A stretch of 64,000 nucleotides of DNA from Candidatus Omnitrophota bacterium (GCA_035368605.1 DAOSLF010000002.1:76023-140022), one strand, 5' to 3'. Shown: positions 10,357 through 20,652, counted from the first letter of the stretch. Made by a program: numbers and translations. Notes: generated by a model not told the origin, from the letters alone.

Positions 10357-11580
10357 TCACTCCCCCATCCGGATGGCCAGGCCCGCGGCCAGAATCTCCT
10401 GATTGAGATAGATCTCCCGGCCGTTCTTGTCCGTATAAAAAAGGTCGGCAAGGTAGCGATCGTATTTGTCGGATTTTTCGGTACGAACCAGAACCATCCT
10501 GTCGCTTAGCCCTTCACCCTCCGCCAGACCCAGCTTCTTTTCTAAAAATTCTTTCGCTTTCTTCCCGTCCGCGCTTACGAGCTCTGGAGCGTCGATCCCC
10601 CGGAGCCGCAGGACTTGCGTGCTGCGAACGCCAAAACCAAGATCGATCACGGCCTTCACGGTGTCGCCGTCCAGCACCCTCACGATCCAGGCGCGGTAGG
10701 TATAAAGGTCCGCCGCCGCGCGCCTCGAAAGACGGATCTTGTCCGAAGGGGAGGAAGCCTCTCTGAACGTAGAGAGCGTTTCTATCAGGGCCCCGTCCCG
10801 GAAGCTGAGTTCCCTGGACGTCCGGTAATAGTTGGAAAATCCGAGGTCAATCACGTTACGTCCCGCTTCAGGGCCGACGGTGGCTTTGACATAACGGTAA
10901 GTTCCGGGCTTGCCGGGCGAGGCTCTAAGGACCTCCGGGGCCGAGAGGTCGGACCGTTCGGGCCGGGGGGCCGGGTCGGCTCCCTCTTTTTCTGTCTTCA
11001 GTTTCCTGATCTCGTCCCGTAGCCGCTCGCGGGTCCATTTCTCGTTCTCCGCCCGTTCAGCCAGGACATCCCTCGCTTTGACGTCATTAACCCCAAGGAG
11101 GTCCCGGTAATCCGACCAGTTCAATTTTCGCGCATGCGCGAAAATCGGGTAAGCGCGGTAAAATTCAAGCATCCGGTAAAGCTCCGACCGGCTCGTTTCG
11201 AGGTCCCCCGCAAGCCGGGCCATGACCTGTTCCCCGTAATCCGCGCGTTCTTTATGAAGAAGAATATGCTCATCGATCAGCCTGCCCGTCTCCCAGACCT
11301 CACGGACTTTTTCCTGTTCGACCGCGGCCTCAACCCGCGCCTCTGAGGCCGCCCGGGCCTTCCGGATCGCGGCGAGAAGTTCGGTGTAGGTGGCCACCTC
11401 CGGGACCGCCGACGACGATGCCGGCGCTTGTGCGGCCGGGAGCGCGGCGGGACTGATAAAAATCAGTGACATCGCGAACGCCAGTGTCCGCGCGGTGTCA
11501 GGTATCAATTTCAGAGCATGCGAACGGCCGCCCACCGCCTTCTTTTTTGTCTTTCCTGTCACATCACCCGATCCCGACAT
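10357..11580 (-). CDS. fusion protein: N-terminal hydrophobic segment, YhcG/DUF1016 N-terminal domain, then C-terminal SNase-like (thermonuclease) domain
   Basis: Start chosen at ATG 11578-11580 (MSGSGDV...), preceded by a GGAGG SD. The longer track ORF (to 11757) would overlap the aspC 3' end. The DUF1016_N match is VWETGRLIDEHILLHKERADYGEQV...LYRMLEFYRAYPIF...LNWSDYRDLL...NEKWTRERLRDEI, compared with E. coli YhcG. The C-terminal region AWIVRVLDGDTVKAVIDL...LRLRGIDAPE...YDRYLADLFY is SNase-like. Confidence 0.6.
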   Translation of the reverse strand: MSGSGDVTGKTKKKAVGGRSHALKLIPDTARTLAFAMSLIFISPAALPAAQAPASSSAVPEVATYTELLAAIRKARAASEARVEAAVEQEKVREVWETGRLIDEHILLHKERADYGEQVMARLAGDLETSRSELYRMLEFYRAYPIFAHARKLNWSDYRDLLGVNDVKARDVLAERAENEKWTRERLRDEIRKLKTEKEGADPAPRPERSDLSAPEVLRASPGKPGTYRYVKATVGPEAGRNVIDLGFSNYYRTSRELSFRDGALIETLSTFREASSPSDKIRLSRRAAADLYTYRAWIVRVLDGDTVKAVIDLGFGVRSTQVLRLRGIDAPELVSADGKKAKEFLEKKLGLAEGEGLSDRMVLVRTEKSDKYDRYLADLFYTDKNGREIYLNQEILAAGLAIRMGE

Positions 11581-11677
11581 GCTTACCTCCCTTGGCATCT
11601 TAAAACCCCCTACATCTCGTGTGGTTATATAGCCCGGCTCACCGATGCGACACGGGGGTTGTATCGGCGGGATGGAT

Positions 11678-12859
11678 TTACGCCGGAGCGCCGGGCTTCC
11701 TGACCCAGGCGGCCATGCGGTCGACCGCGGTCCGGATGTCTTTTTCGGAACAGGCACAGCTCAACCGGATATGCTCCGGGCTTCCGAACGGTTCCCCCGG
11801 GACAACGGCGACATGCGCTTCGTCGAGAAGACGCCGGGCCACTTCAAAAGCGGAAAGGCCTGTCTTTTTGATGTTCACGAAAATATAAAAAGCGCCTCCC
11901 GGCTTCGTGGCTTTGAAGCAATCGATCTTCGAGAGGAGATCGAGGAAAAGATCGCGACGTTTTTCAAAAACCGCTTTCATTTTCCCGGCCTCCTCGTCGC
12001 CCTTGTCCAGGGCCACGGCTCCCCCCGCCTGCGCGAAAGACACGGGATTCGAGGTTGAATGGCTCTGGATGCTCTCGACGGCTTTCGCGAGCGTCTTGTC
12101 CGGACACGCGGCGTAGCCAAGCCGCCACCCCGTCATCGCGTACGCCTTGCTGTGACCGTTCACGATAATCGTCCGTTTCGCGACCTCGGGATCGAGTTGG
12201 GCGATCGACCAGTGCTTTTGTCCGTCGAAAACCAGCTTCTCGTAAATCTCATCGCTCAAGACCAGAACCTGCGGATGTTTCTTCAGAACCGCGGCCAGCG
12301 CGAGCAATTCCTCTTTCGAGTAGACCCTGCCGGTCGGGTTCGACGGCGAGTTCAGGATCAGCACCCTGGACTTCGGGGTGATCGCCTTCTCAAGCATCGC
12401 GGGCGTGATCTTGAGATCCGTCGCTTCGGAAGTGGGAAGAAACACATTGGTACCGCCGAGCACGGTCACCATTTCGGGATAGCTCAGCCAGTAAGGGGAC
12501 GGGATCAGGACTTCATCGCCGGGATTGAGCAGGGCAAAAAGCACGTTAAAAATCGCGTGTTTCGCGCCGGTCCCGACAACGATCCGGTCAGGCGTAAAAT
12601 CGAGGCCCTGGTCTCGTTTGAGCTTCCGGCAGATCGCCTCGCGAAGTTCGAGCGTCCCCGCGACGGGCGTGTATTTGGTCTGTCCCTTTCTGAGAGCGTC
12701 GATCGCCGCCTCTTTGATGAACCCGGGCGTGTCAAAATCGGGTTCGCCGGCCGAAAGGGAAATCACATCGATGCCCCGGGCCTTCATTTCCCTGGCCTTG
12801 GCCGCGATCGCGAGTGTGGCGGAGGGTTTCACAGCTAGCACTTTTTGAGAGAGATCCAT
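11678..12859 (-). CDS. aspC: aspartate/aromatic aminotransferase (class I PLP-dependent)
   Basis: 393 aa ORF MDLSQKVLAVKPSATLAIAAKAREMKARGIDVISLSAGEPDFDTP... with the PLP-lysine region SKAYAMTGWRLGY. Confidence 0.85.
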   Translation of the reverse strand: MDLSQKVLAVKPSATLAIAAKAREMKARGIDVISLSAGEPDFDTPGFIKEAAIDALRKGQTKYTPVAGTLELREAICRKLKRDQGLDFTPDRIVVGTGAKHAIFNVLFALLNPGDEVLIPSPYWLSYPEMVTVLGGTNVFLPTSEATDLKITPAMLEKAITPKSRVLILNSPSNPTGRVYSKEELLALAAVLKKHPQVLVLSDEIYEKLVFDGQKHWSIAQLDPEVAKRTIIVNGHSKAYAMTGWRLGYAACPDKTLAKAVESIQSHSTSNPVSFAQAGGAVALDKGDEEAGKMKAVFEKRRDLFLDLLSKIDCFKATKPGGAFYIFVNIKKTGLSAFEVARRLLDEAHVAVVPGEPFGSPEHIRLSCACSEKDIRTAVDRMAAWVRKPGAPA

Positions 12860-12876
12860 GGCATCTCCGTCCAGTT

Positions 12877-12914
12877 AAAAAAAGGGACCGTTCGGCAGAA
12901 CGGCCCCTTTTTTT
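12877..12914 (-). terminator. Rho-independent (bidirectional-type) terminator after rplQ, ending the ribosomal supercluster
   Basis: A7, then gggaccgttc-ggca-gaacggcccc (10-bp stem with one mismatch), then T7. Sits 38 nt downstream of the rplQ stop. Confidence 0.55.
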
Positions 12915-12951
12915 GAATGATCGAGAGATTCCCCAGGTTAAGGAATCGCTT

Positions 12952-13506
12952 TTATTTCGTTCCGTCGCCCTTGAAGAAGCTCCGAAGACCTTTCAAGAAG
13001 CCGCCTTTTTTCTCGGCTTCCCTCCGGGCCTCCTGTTTTTCGGCCGCTTCTTTTTTCGGCTCAGCCTTGCCTGTTTCCCTGGCGGCCGGTTTTTCCGCGA
13101 CCTTCTCGGAAGGTTTCTTTTTCTTCGCCTTCCGGGCCGGGGCTTCGAAAACCGCCGTCCATTCGAGAATCGACACCTGTGCGGCATCGCCGATCCGCTG
13201 TTTGCTGGTCCGAAGCACGCGGGTATAGCCGCCCTGGCGGCCCTTGAATTGCGGAGCGATCACTTTCTGGAGGAGCCTCGCGACGTCCGCGTCTCCCAGC
13301 TTCGCGATCAGGAGCCGACGCGCGTGGAGCGTGTCCCGCTTGGCGATGGTGACAAGCTTGTCCGCGAACGCGCTTGCTTCCTTGGCCTTCGCGTGGGTCG
13401 TCTCGATCCGTTTTTTGATCACAAGAGCCCTCACGAGGTTACGGAGCAAAGCCTTGCGGTGGGCGCTTACAACGTTTAATTTCCTGCGTAGCCTGCGGTG
13501 ACGCAT
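12952..13506 (-). CDS. rplQ: 50S ribosomal protein L17 with a roughly 60-aa Lys/Ala/Glu-rich C-terminal tail
   Basis: MRHRRLRRKLNVVSAHRKALLRNL... L17 core, followed by ...ARKAKKKKPSEKVAEKPAARETGKAEPKKEAAEK... Confidence 0.9.
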   Translation of the reverse strand: MRHRRLRRKLNVVSAHRKALLRNLVRALVIKKRIETTHAKAKEASAFADKLVTIAKRDTLHARRLLIAKLGDADVARLLQKVIAPQFKGRQGGYTRVLRTSKQRIGDAAQVSILEWTAVFEAPARKAKKKKPSEKVAEKPAARETGKAEPKKEAAEKQEARREAEKKGGFLKGLRSFFKGDGTK

Positions 13507-13527
13507 AAATTGCCTCTACCTTCCGTC

Positions 13528-14547
13528 TTAAGACGCCGCCGGGGCCGACGCATCGGCCTCAGCCGCCGCCGGTTTTTTCCCGAGCTTTTCGTCTAGGTTC
13601 ATGCCGAGCTGAAGGCCCATTGACGCGAGGATCTGATTGATCTCGTTGAGGGACTTCTTCCCGAAATTCTTGTACTTGAGCATCTGGGCTTCGCTTTTCT
13701 GCACAAGGTCACCGATCGTCTTGATGCTGGCCGCCTCGAGGCAGTTCGCGCTGCGAACCGACAGTTCCAGTTCGCTGATCGGCTTGTTGACCATTTCCAT
13801 GAAACCGTGATCGGTCTCTTCCTCTTCCTCTTCTTCTTCCGGCAGTTCGCCGTAATTGACGAAGATGTCGAGGTGACGCTGGAGGATGTTCGACGCGTAG
13901 AGGAGGGCCTCTTCCGGTCCCATCGCCCCGTTCGTCCAGACCTCGAGGATCAGACGGTCATAGTCGGTCGTCTGGCCGACGCGGGTGTCTTCCACCGTAA
14001 AATTCACTTTCGTCACCGGCGAGAAGATCGAATCGACGTTCACAACACCGATCGTCGCGACTTCCTGCTTGTTCTTCTCGGCGGGCACATAACCGCGGCC
14101 ACGGCCGATCTCCATCTCCATTTTGAACTGAACCGCTTTGGAAAGCGTGCAGATCACGGTGTCCGGATTGACGATCTCAACCGTTTCGTCGGCCTGGATG
14201 TCGGACCCCTTTACCGGACCTTCCTTCTTGACGTCGATATAGATCTTCTTCGGACCCTTGCCGTGATAGCGGAGCACGAGATTCTTGACGTTCAACACGA
14301 TCTGGGCGCCGTCCTCGACAACCCCGTCGAGCGTCGCGAACTCGTGAAGCATTCCGTCAATCTTGATATTCGTGACCGCGGCGCCTTCGATCGAGGAGAT
14401 CAGCACCCGGCGAAGGGCATTCCCGATCGTCGTTCCATAGCCGCGCTCAAAAGGCTCGGCCGTGAATTTGGCGTACGTGGCGGTCAGGGTGTTCTTGTCC
14501 GCCTCCAGACGCTTCGGCATTTCAAATGTCTTCCAGCGTATACCCAT
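13528..14547 (-). CDS. rpoA: DNA-directed RNA polymerase subunit alpha
   Basis: 339 aa ORF with ...[22 protein letters not shown]... NTD and a C-terminal CTD ([11 protein letters not shown]). Confidence 0.95.
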   Translation of the reverse strand: MGIRWKTFEMPKRLEADKNTLTATYAKFTAEPFERGYGTTIGNALRRVLISSIEGAAVTNIKIDGMLHEFATLDGVVEDGAQIVLNVKNLVLRYHGKGPKKIYIDVKKEGPVKGSDIQADETVEIVNPDTVICTLSKAVQFKMEMEIGRGRGYVPAEKNKQEVATIGVVNVDSIFSPVTKVNFTVEDTRVGQTTDYDRLILEVWTNGAMGPEEALLYASNILQRHLDIFVNYGELPEEEEEEEETDHGFMEMVNKPISELELSVRSANCLEAASIKTIGDLVQKSEAQMLKYKNFGKKSLNEINQILASMGLQLGMNLDEKLGKKPAAAEADASAPAAS

Positions 14548-14586
14548 GATAGTTTCCTCCTTGTGCGGAAAAAGATAATTTCTGTG

Positions 14587-15210
14587 TTATTTCGAGTACA
14601 ACTCGACGATGAGCGACTCTTCGACCGGTAGACTCGTGTCGGCCTTGGTCGGGAGCCTCAGGACTTCGCCAACACCCTTCGTCCTGTCGAGACTGAGCCA
14701 TTCCGGAACGCTGAGATCCTTCCACTTCTCGAGGCTCGCCTGGACGCGCTTCCGGGTCGCTTCCTTGGCGCAGGCAGCGATCTTGTCACCCGCCTTCACC
14801 TCATAGGAAGGGATATCCACCTTCCGGCCATTCACCGTAATCAGACCATGCCCCACCATTTGACGCGCTTCGCGGCGGGAGGTGCTGAACAAGAGGCGAT
14901 AGACGACATTATCAAGACGGCGCTCGAGCGACTGGATGAGGTTTTCGCCCGTGACACCCTTCTTCTGCGACGCCCGGTGGAAAACCACACGGAACTGGCG
15001 TTCGCCGAGCCCGTAGATTCTCTTCATCTTCTGCTTTTCACGCATCTGGACGCCGTAGTCCGAAAGCTTCTTGCGCTGGGCGCCGTGCTGCCCGGGAGGG
15101 TTCGTGAGCCGCTTGTCGTGCTTTTCGTCCGTCGCGCGGCGGCCTTTGAGACCGAGGTTGACGCCCTCGCGGCGGTGAAGTTTAATGACGGGACCGCGGT
15201 ACCTTCCCAT
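14587..15210 (-). CDS. rpsD: 30S ribosomal protein S4
   Basis: 207 aa ORF MGRYRGPVIKLHRREGVNLGLKGRR... Confidence 0.95.
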   Translation of the reverse strand: MGRYRGPVIKLHRREGVNLGLKGRRATDEKHDKRLTNPPGQHGAQRKKLSDYGVQMREKQKMKRIYGLGERQFRVVFHRASQKKGVTGENLIQSLERRLDNVVYRLLFSTSRREARQMVGHGLITVNGRKVDIPSYEVKAGDKIAACAKEATRKRVQASLEKWKDLSVPEWLSLDRTKGVGEVLRLPTKADTSLPVEESLIVELYSK

Positions 15211-15213
15211 GGA

Positions 15214-15585
15214 TCAGACCCTCCTCTTTTTCGGCGGACGGCAGCCGTTATGCGGCACCGGCGTGATATCGTGGATCGCGGTCACGTGAAGACCCGCCGC
15301 CTGCAACGCGCGGATCGCGGATTCACGGCCGGCGCCGGGGCCCTTGATGTAGACCTCGACTTCCTTCATGCCGTACTCCATCGCCTTCTTTGCCGCCTTC
15401 TCGGACGCGATTTGCGCCGCGAAGGGGGTGGATTTCTTGGACCCCTTGAACCCGGCGGAGCCGGAGGATTCCCAGACCAGGGCGTTGCCCGTGGTGTCCG
15501 TGATCGTGATGATCGTGTTGTTGAAACTGGCCGCGATGCGGACGACGCCACGGGCCAGGTGCTTGATCTTCTTTTTCTTTGCCAT
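15214..15585 (-). CDS. rpsK: 30S ribosomal protein S11
   Basis: 123 aa ORF ...[40 protein letters not shown]... Confidence 0.95.
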   Translation of the reverse strand: MAKKKKIKHLARGVVRIAASFNNTIITITDTTGNALVWESSGSAGFKGSKKSTPFAAQIASEKAAKKAMEYGMKEVEVYIKGPGAGRESAIRALQAAGLHVTAIHDITPVPHNGCRPPKKRRV

Positions 15586-15630
15586 AATCGTTATACCTTT
15601 TCTTTTACAAGTGCTTCGGACATTTCTTTA

Positions 15631-16014
15631 TTACGGAGCCGGCGCCTTCTTGCTGAGTCCGCCGACGGTCTTGCGTTTGCCCTTGCGGGTACGGGCGTTC
15701 GTATGCGTCCGCTGCCCCCGGACCGGCAGGCCCTTAACGTGACGGACACCCCGGTAACAGCGGATATCCATCAAACGTTTGATGTTCTGCTGCACTTCGC
15801 GGCGCAGATCACCCTCGACCCGGCAGGTCTTCTGAATGATACCGGTGATCGTCGACACATCGGCCTCGGTCAGGTCCTTGGCGCGTTTGTTCCAATCCAC
15901 GCCGGCTTCGTCCAGCACCTGCCTCGCGAGGGTACGGCCGATCCCGTACAGGTACGTGAGGGCCACCTCGATCTTTTTTTCTCTCGGAATATCAACACCC
16001 AGAATACGCGGCAT
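15631..16014 (-). CDS. rpsM: 30S ribosomal protein S13
   Basis: 127 aa [29 protein letters not shown]... Confidence 0.95.
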   Translation of the reverse strand: MPRILGVDIPREKKIEVALTYLYGIGRTLARQVLDEAGVDWNKRAKDLTEADVSTITGIIQKTCRVEGDLRREVQQNIKRLMDIRCYRGVRHVKGLPVRGQRTHTNARTRKGKRKTVGGLSKKAPAP

Positions 16015-16039
16015 AACTTTTAGTTCCTTTCCTGGTTCT

Positions 16040-16153
16040 TCAACCCTGGCGTTGTTTGTGTTTCGGGTTGGAACAGATCACATAGACGTAGCCTTTGCGG
16101 CGTACGATTTTGCAATTTTCACAGATTCTCTTGACTGAACTCCTGACCTTCAT
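16040..16153 (-). CDS. rpmJ: 50S ribosomal protein L36
   Basis: Hand-translated 37 aa: [37 protein letters not shown]. Too short for the ORF track. Lies between rpsM and infA as expected. Confidence 0.85.
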   Translation of the reverse strand: MKVRSSVKRICENCKIVRRKGYVYVICSNPKHKQRQG

Positions 16154-16168
16154 GGCATCGCTCCGTTC

Positions 16169-16387
16169 TTATTTGACTCTGAAAGTGATCCTGCCCCGGG
16201 TCAGGTCGTAAGGCGACAGCTCGACCTTGACTTTATCCCCCGGAAGGATGCGGATGTAGTGCATCCTCATCTTTCCCGAAATATGCGCAAGCACCCGGTG
16301 TCCGTTCTCAAGCTGAACCCGGAACATCGCATTCGGAAGGGGCTCGACCACCGTCCCTTCCACTTCGATCGCATCTTCTTTCGGCAT
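16169..16387 (-). CDS. infA: translation initiation factor IF-1
   Basis: Start at the internal ATG ([41 protein letters not shown]...). It overlaps the map stop as TAATG. The track ORF extends further upstream and that extension is rejected. Confidence 0.85.
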   Translation of the reverse strand: MPKEDAIEVEGTVVEPLPNAMFRVQLENGHRVLAHISGKMRMHYIRILPGDKVKVELSPYDLTRGRITFRVK

Positions 16388-17145
16388 TACTCCGTCGCCT
16401 CGTCTCTGGTTAAATTTATAAAACCATCCTCGGTGAACGCCACCGTGTCTTCGTAGTGGCTCGCGCATTTCCGGTCCTTCGTAACGACCGTCCAGCCGTT
16501 CGCGAGCGTCTCCACCGCGTAATGCCCCGCGGTGACCATCGGTTCGATCGCGAGCACAAGCCCGGGTTCGATCTTCGTGCCCCGTCCGGCTTTCCCGTAA
16601 TTCGGGACCTGCGGGTCTTCGTGAAGCTCCCGTCCGATCCCGTGTCCCGCGTACTCCCGCACAACCTGGAACCCGTGAGACTCGACGTATTTCTGAACCG
16701 CTTCCGAGATGTCTCCAATGCGCCAGCCCGGCTTGTACGCGGCAAGGGCCGCGTCGAAAGAATCCTTCGTGACCGCGATCAGTTTCTGCCGATGGTCATC
16801 GACCCCGCCGACCGTCCAGGTCCTCGCGGCGTCCGAATGGAACCCCTTCCATTTCGCGCCGACGTCGACGCTCACAACATCGCCGTTCATCAGCTTCCGC
16901 CTGTCGGGAATCCCGTGAACCACCTCTTCGTTGAGAGAAAGGCAGATCGTCGCCGGGTAACCCCGGTATCCCCTGAATGACGCCTGGGCGCCATTCTCGC
17001 GAATCACCTTTTCAGCGGCCTGGTCGAGATCGAGTCCGCTCACGCCCTGCTTCATCATGGGCCTGAGCGCCCTGAAAACCTTCTGAAGTATTTTCCCCGA
17101 TTCCCCGATAATCCGGATTTCCCGTCCTGATTTCAGTTCGACCAT
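16387..17145 (-). CDS. map: type I methionine aminopeptidase
   Basis: 252 aa ORF with metal-binding residues in ...VVHGIP...DVVSVDVGA...HGIGRELHE... Confidence 0.9.
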   Translation of the reverse strand: MVELKSGREIRIIGESGKILQKVFRALRPMMKQGVSGLDLDQAAEKVIRENGAQASFRGYRGYPATICLSLNEEVVHGIPDRRKLMNGDVVSVDVGAKWKGFHSDAARTWTVGGVDDHRQKLIAVTKDSFDAALAAYKPGWRIGDISEAVQKYVESHGFQVVREYAGHGIGRELHEDPQVPNYGKAGRGTKIEPGLVLAIEPMVTAGHYAVETLANGWTVVTKDRKCASHYEDTVAFTEDGFINLTRDEATE

Positions 17146-17151
17146 GCGGAA

Positions 17152-17808
17152 TCAGCGGATCGTTTCAAAGAGCTTCTCTAACAATTTCTGCACCGCCGGC
17201 GCATCGCCGTCGGCCGGAACGTTCCGGAGAAGGTCGTTTTTCGCGTAGTACTCGATCAGCGGCTTCGTGGATTCGTGATACACGGCAAGCCGCTTGCGGA
17301 TCGTGTCCGGCTGATCGTCCTTGCGGGTCACGAGCGGCTGCCCGTGGCAATCGCAGACACCTTCCTTCCTGGGCGGCATGTTCTTCACATGATAAATCTT
17401 CCCGTCCACCGGGCAAAGCCGGCGGCCGGAGAGACGCGCCACGACCACTTCTTCGGAGGCGTCAAAATTGATCGCCGCCGAGAGCGTCATTTTCTCGGAG
17501 GCCAGAAACTTGTCCAGCTCCTGCGCCTGCACGATCGTCCTCGGATAACCGTCGAGGATGAAACCCTTCGCCCCTTTTGCCCTGAGCTCGCGAATCTCGG
17601 CAAACATCATATTGTTGACGAGCGTGTCCGGAACGAGCTCCCCGCGGGCCATGATATCCCTGGCCTGCATCCCGAGCGCCGTGCCTTCCCTGATGTTCCG
17701 TCGAAGGATGTCTCCCGCGGCGAGGTGCGAAAGCCGCATCGACTTGCTGAGCATTTCCGCGTGCGTGCCCTTTCCCGCTCCGGGAGGTCCCAGGAAAATG
17801 AGATTCAT
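17152..17808 (-). CDS. adk: adenylate kinase (Zn-lid type)
   Basis: MNLIFLGPPGAGKGT P-loop and a CPVDG...CDCHG lid. Confidence 0.9.
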   Translation of the reverse strand: MNLIFLGPPGAGKGTHAEMLSKSMRLSHLAAGDILRRNIREGTALGMQARDIMARGELVPDTLVNNMMFAEIRELRAKGAKGFILDGYPRTIVQAQELDKFLASEKMTLSAAINFDASEEVVVARLSGRRLCPVDGKIYHVKNMPPRKEGVCDCHGQPLVTRKDDQPDTIRKRLAVYHESTKPLIEYYAKNDLLRNVPADGDAPAVQKLLEKLFETIR

Positions 17809-17810
17809 GA

Positions 17811-19160
17811 TTATCTGCGACCTTTCAGGCGGCCCTTTTTGATAAACCCGTCATAGTGACGCATAATAAGCTGCGATTCGATCGAACGCATCACATCGAG
17901 CATGACGCCGACGATAATGAGAAGACCGGTACCGCCGAAAAAGCTCGCGACGAGGAACGGGATGTTCAACACGTATTGCGAAGAAATGATGCTCGGGAAA
18001 AGCGCGATCAGGGCCAGGATCACGGCGCCCGCCATCGCGATCCGGGTCATCAGATAATCGAGATACTCGGCCGTCGTCTTGCCGGGACGAATTCCCGGAA
18101 TGAAACCGCCGTATTTCTGAAGGTTGTCGCTCACCTCGATCGGGTTAAACGTGATCGCAGTGTAGAAGAAGGTGAAGAACACGATGCCGAGGGCGTAGAT
18201 CACCGAATACGTGACGGTCCCGTACGCAAGCAGCTGCGCTACCTTGGTCAGCATGCCGGCCTTCGGGAAGAACCCCGCGAGCGTGGACGGGAAAAGGATA
18301 ACGGACTGCGCGAAAATGATCGGAATGACACCCGCCTGGTTTACCTTGAGCGGAAGGTACGTGCTCTGGCCCCCATACACGCGGTGGCCGCGGATCTGTT
18401 TCGCGTACTGAACCGGTATCTTTCGCTGCCCCTGGATGATGAGAATCAGAAAGAGGACCGCGCCGACGAAAAGCGCACACATGATCCCGAACTTCCACCA
18501 CGGCAACTGCTGGCGGGACGGATCGAGCGGCGAAAGAAGAATCCAGGTCTGGCGAAGCGCCTCGGGAAGCGCTTCGATGATACCGGCGGTGATAATGATC
18601 GACATACCGTTTCCGATGCCGTAGGCGTCGATCTGCTCACCGAGCCACATGATGAAAGCCGTGCCGGTCGTCATGGTCAGCATACACATGAGCCGGAAAC
18701 CCCAACCGGGGTTCGGAACGATGACCGTGCCGTTGAACGCGGCCGGGTTCTCGAGCCACAACGCGATGAAAAAGGTCTGCAGGATACTGAGGATGATCGT
18801 GCCGTAGCGGGTCAACTGTATGATCTTTTTGCGGCCTTCCTCACCCTCCTTCGCCATCTTCTCAAGCGCCGGGATGACGACCGTGAGGAGCTGCAGAATG
18901 ATCGAGGACGAGATGTACGGCATAATGCCGAGCGCGAAAATAGTCGCCTTCTGGAGCGCGCCGCCGGTGAACATCCCCATGAAGCCGAGGAGATTCCCGC
19001 CGCCCATGTTCTGCTGAAAGAAACGCGCGAGCGCGACGCCGTCGATCCCCGGGGTCGGAACATACGTCCCGACGCGGTAGATCGCGATGATCATGAAGGT
19101 GAAGAATATCTTCTTGCGAAGATCAGGGATCTTGAGGATGTTACCGAACGCTTGAAGCAC
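17811..19160 (-). CDS. secY: preprotein translocase subunit SecY
   Basis: 449 aa polytopic membrane protein lying between rplO and adk. Confidence 0.95.
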   Translation of the reverse strand: MLQAFGNILKIPDLRKKIFFTFMIIAIYRVGTYVPTPGIDGVALARFFQQNMGGGNLLGFMGMFTGGALQKATIFALGIMPYISSSIILQLLTVVIPALEKMAKEGEEGRKKIIQLTRYGTIILSILQTFFIALWLENPAAFNGTVIVPNPGWGFRLMCMLTMTTGTAFIMWLGEQIDAYGIGNGMSIIITAGIIEALPEALRQTWILLSPLDPSRQQLPWWKFGIMCALFVGAVLFLILIIQGQRKIPVQYAKQIRGHRVYGGQSTYLPLKVNQAGVIPIIFAQSVILFPSTLAGFFPKAGMLTKVAQLLAYGTVTYSVIYALGIVFFTFFYTAITFNPIEVSDNLQKYGGFIPGIRPGKTTAEYLDYLMTRIAMAGAVILALIALFPSIISSQYVLNIPFLVASFFGGTGLLIIVGVMLDVMRSIESQLIMRHYDGFIKKGRLKGRR

Positions 19161-19188
19161 CAGAACTCCGTTCTTCTTTATTTAATTT

Positions 19189-19620
19189 TTATTTACCGAG
19201 CAGGATCGCCTGGCCGCCCTTGGCCTCGATCTTGGACTTGGCGGAAGCGCTGAAACTGTGAGCCTTCACGGTCACGGCGCCTTTGAGGTCGCCTGTGCCG
19301 AGGATTTTGACACCGTCCCGGAGATTTTTCACGATCCCACGCCCGACGAGAAGCTCAGGCGTGATCTCTTTTTCGGCGACAGCGGCAATCTGGTCGAGAT
19401 TGACAATGGCGTACGTCGTTTTGAACTCAGCGTTATTGAAACCGCGCTTCGGCAGAAGGCGATAAAACGGGTTCTGTCCGCCTTCAAAACCGGGACGGAA
19501 GCGATAGCCGGAACGGGAGCGCTGCCCCTTGTGACCTTTGGTGGAGGTTTTGCCGTGGCCGGACCCGATACCGCATCCGAGGCGTTTGGCGCGTTTCTTA
19601 TAAGGAGTTTTATGACGCAT
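19189..19620 (-). CDS. rplO: 50S ribosomal protein L15
   Basis: 143 aa ORF ...[20 protein letters not shown]... Confidence 0.9.
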   Translation of the reverse strand: MRHKTPYKKRAKRLGCGIGSGHGKTSTKGHKGQRSRSGYRFRPGFEGGQNPFYRLLPKRGFNNAEFKTTYAIVNLDQIAAVAEKEITPELLVGRGIVKNLRDGVKILGTGDLKGAVTVKAHSFSASAKSKIEAKGGQAILLGK

Positions 19621-19621
19621 G

Positions 19622-20215
19622 TCAGACCTTCTTCTCTTCTTCGGTAGCCTCGATGCGGATTTTGCGGTCGACCAGCGAGGTCAGCCCGTCCACAGAGGCT
19701 TTCAGAACATTGATCGAATTGTCGCTGCCGAGGCTTTTTGTCAGGATGTCCTTGATCCCGCAGGCTTCACAGACCGCACGGACCGAACCGCCGGCAATAA
19801 CGCCCGTACCGGGAACCGCCGGCTTCAAGAGCACCTTCGCGGCACCGTAACGGCCGATGATCTCATGAGGGATCGTGGTACCCTTGAGCGTGATCCTGAT
19901 CCTGGCCTTGCGGGCGGCCACAAGCGCTTTCTTGATCGCGTCGGCGACCTCATTGGCCTTCCCCTGGGCAAAACCGACTTCCCCCGCCCCGTTGCCCACG
20001 ACGACGAGCGCGCTGAAGCTGAACCGTTTACCGCCCTTAACAACCTTGGCGCAACGGTTCACCTGGATGACCTTCTCAAACACCGTCGCATCGGCCCCCG
20101 ACTGCGGAGCGAACGCGGGTGCCCGCCGGGCCGGTTTCTGGCTCTGGGGGGCTGCCGCTTCCTTCGTTGCTTCATTCACGGGTGTTTCTGGCACGGGTGT
20201 TTCTGGGTTTTGCAT
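19622..20215 (-). CDS. rpsE: 30S ribosomal protein S5 with an N-terminal low-complexity extension
   Basis: S5 core [44 protein letters not shown]. Start placed at ATG 20213-20215 (MQNPETPV...). The longer track start at 20278 is less likely because the intervening 63 nt lack the GC3 coding bias. Confidence 0.8.
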   Translation of the reverse strand: MQNPETPVPETPVNEATKEAAAPQSQKPARRAPAFAPQSGADATVFEKVIQVNRCAKVVKGGKRFSFSALVVVGNGAGEVGFAQGKANEVADAIKKALVAARKARIRITLKGTTIPHEIIGRYGAAKVLLKPAVPGTGVIAGGSVRAVCEACGIKDILTKSLGSDNSINVLKASVDGLTSLVDRKIRIEATEEEKKV

Positions 20216-20289
20216 GCTTACCTGAATTCCTTTCAAATTTTCCCCGCCAAGGCCGGGCCTTGCGGGTTTTCCCTGCACTGCTTGCGGTT

Positions 20290-20652
20290 TCAGAACTGGA
20301 TGCCGCCCTTGCGCATCGCGTCCGCGAACGCCTTGACGCGTCCGTGATAAATGTAGCCGCCGCGGTCGAATGTGATCTTCTGGACACCCTTCTTCTTGAG
20401 GGTTTCCGCGAAGATCTCCCCGAGCTTCTCGGAGACCGCGACCTTTCCCTTCTTGGGGGCCTGCTTCAAAAACTCCTTGCCAAGGGACGAACAGGCCGCG
20501 ATCGTCCTGTGAGCCACATCGTCGATCGCCTGCGCCTGCAGGCTCGTGAGCGAGCGGTGCACAACAACCCGCGGACGTTCCGCCGTTCCGGAGATCTTCC
20601 GACGAATTCTTTGATGTCTTGCGTTTCTTCCCAATTCTTTTGCGTTCGACAT
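20290..20652 (-). CDS. rplR: 50S ribosomal protein L18
   Basis: 120 aa ORF ...[20 protein letters not shown]... Confidence 0.9.
   Translation of the reverse strand: MSNAKELGRNARHQRIRRKISGTAERPRVVVHRSLTSLQAQAIDDVAHRTIAACSSLGKEFLKQAPKKGKVAVSEKLGEIFAETLKKKGVQKITFDRGGYIYHGRVKAFADAMRKGGIQF

Noticed and set aside
10357-11757. Longer N-terminal extension of the DUF1016_N-SNase ORF (start 11757)
   Set aside because: It would overlap the 3' end of aspC by 80 nt and lacks a ribosome-binding site. The internal ATG at 11580 has a GGAGG SD.
17856-19253. 465-aa plus-strand ORF antisense to secY
   Set aside because: Arg/Asp/Glu-rich shadow ORF; secY on the other strand is unambiguous.
19622-20278. Longer rpsE start at 20278, 12 nt after rplR
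   Set aside because: The extra 63 nt (ggaaaatttgaaaggaattcagg...) lack the strong GC3 bias of real coding sequence here. The internal ATG with an SD-like AGGT is preferred. Not fully excluded.
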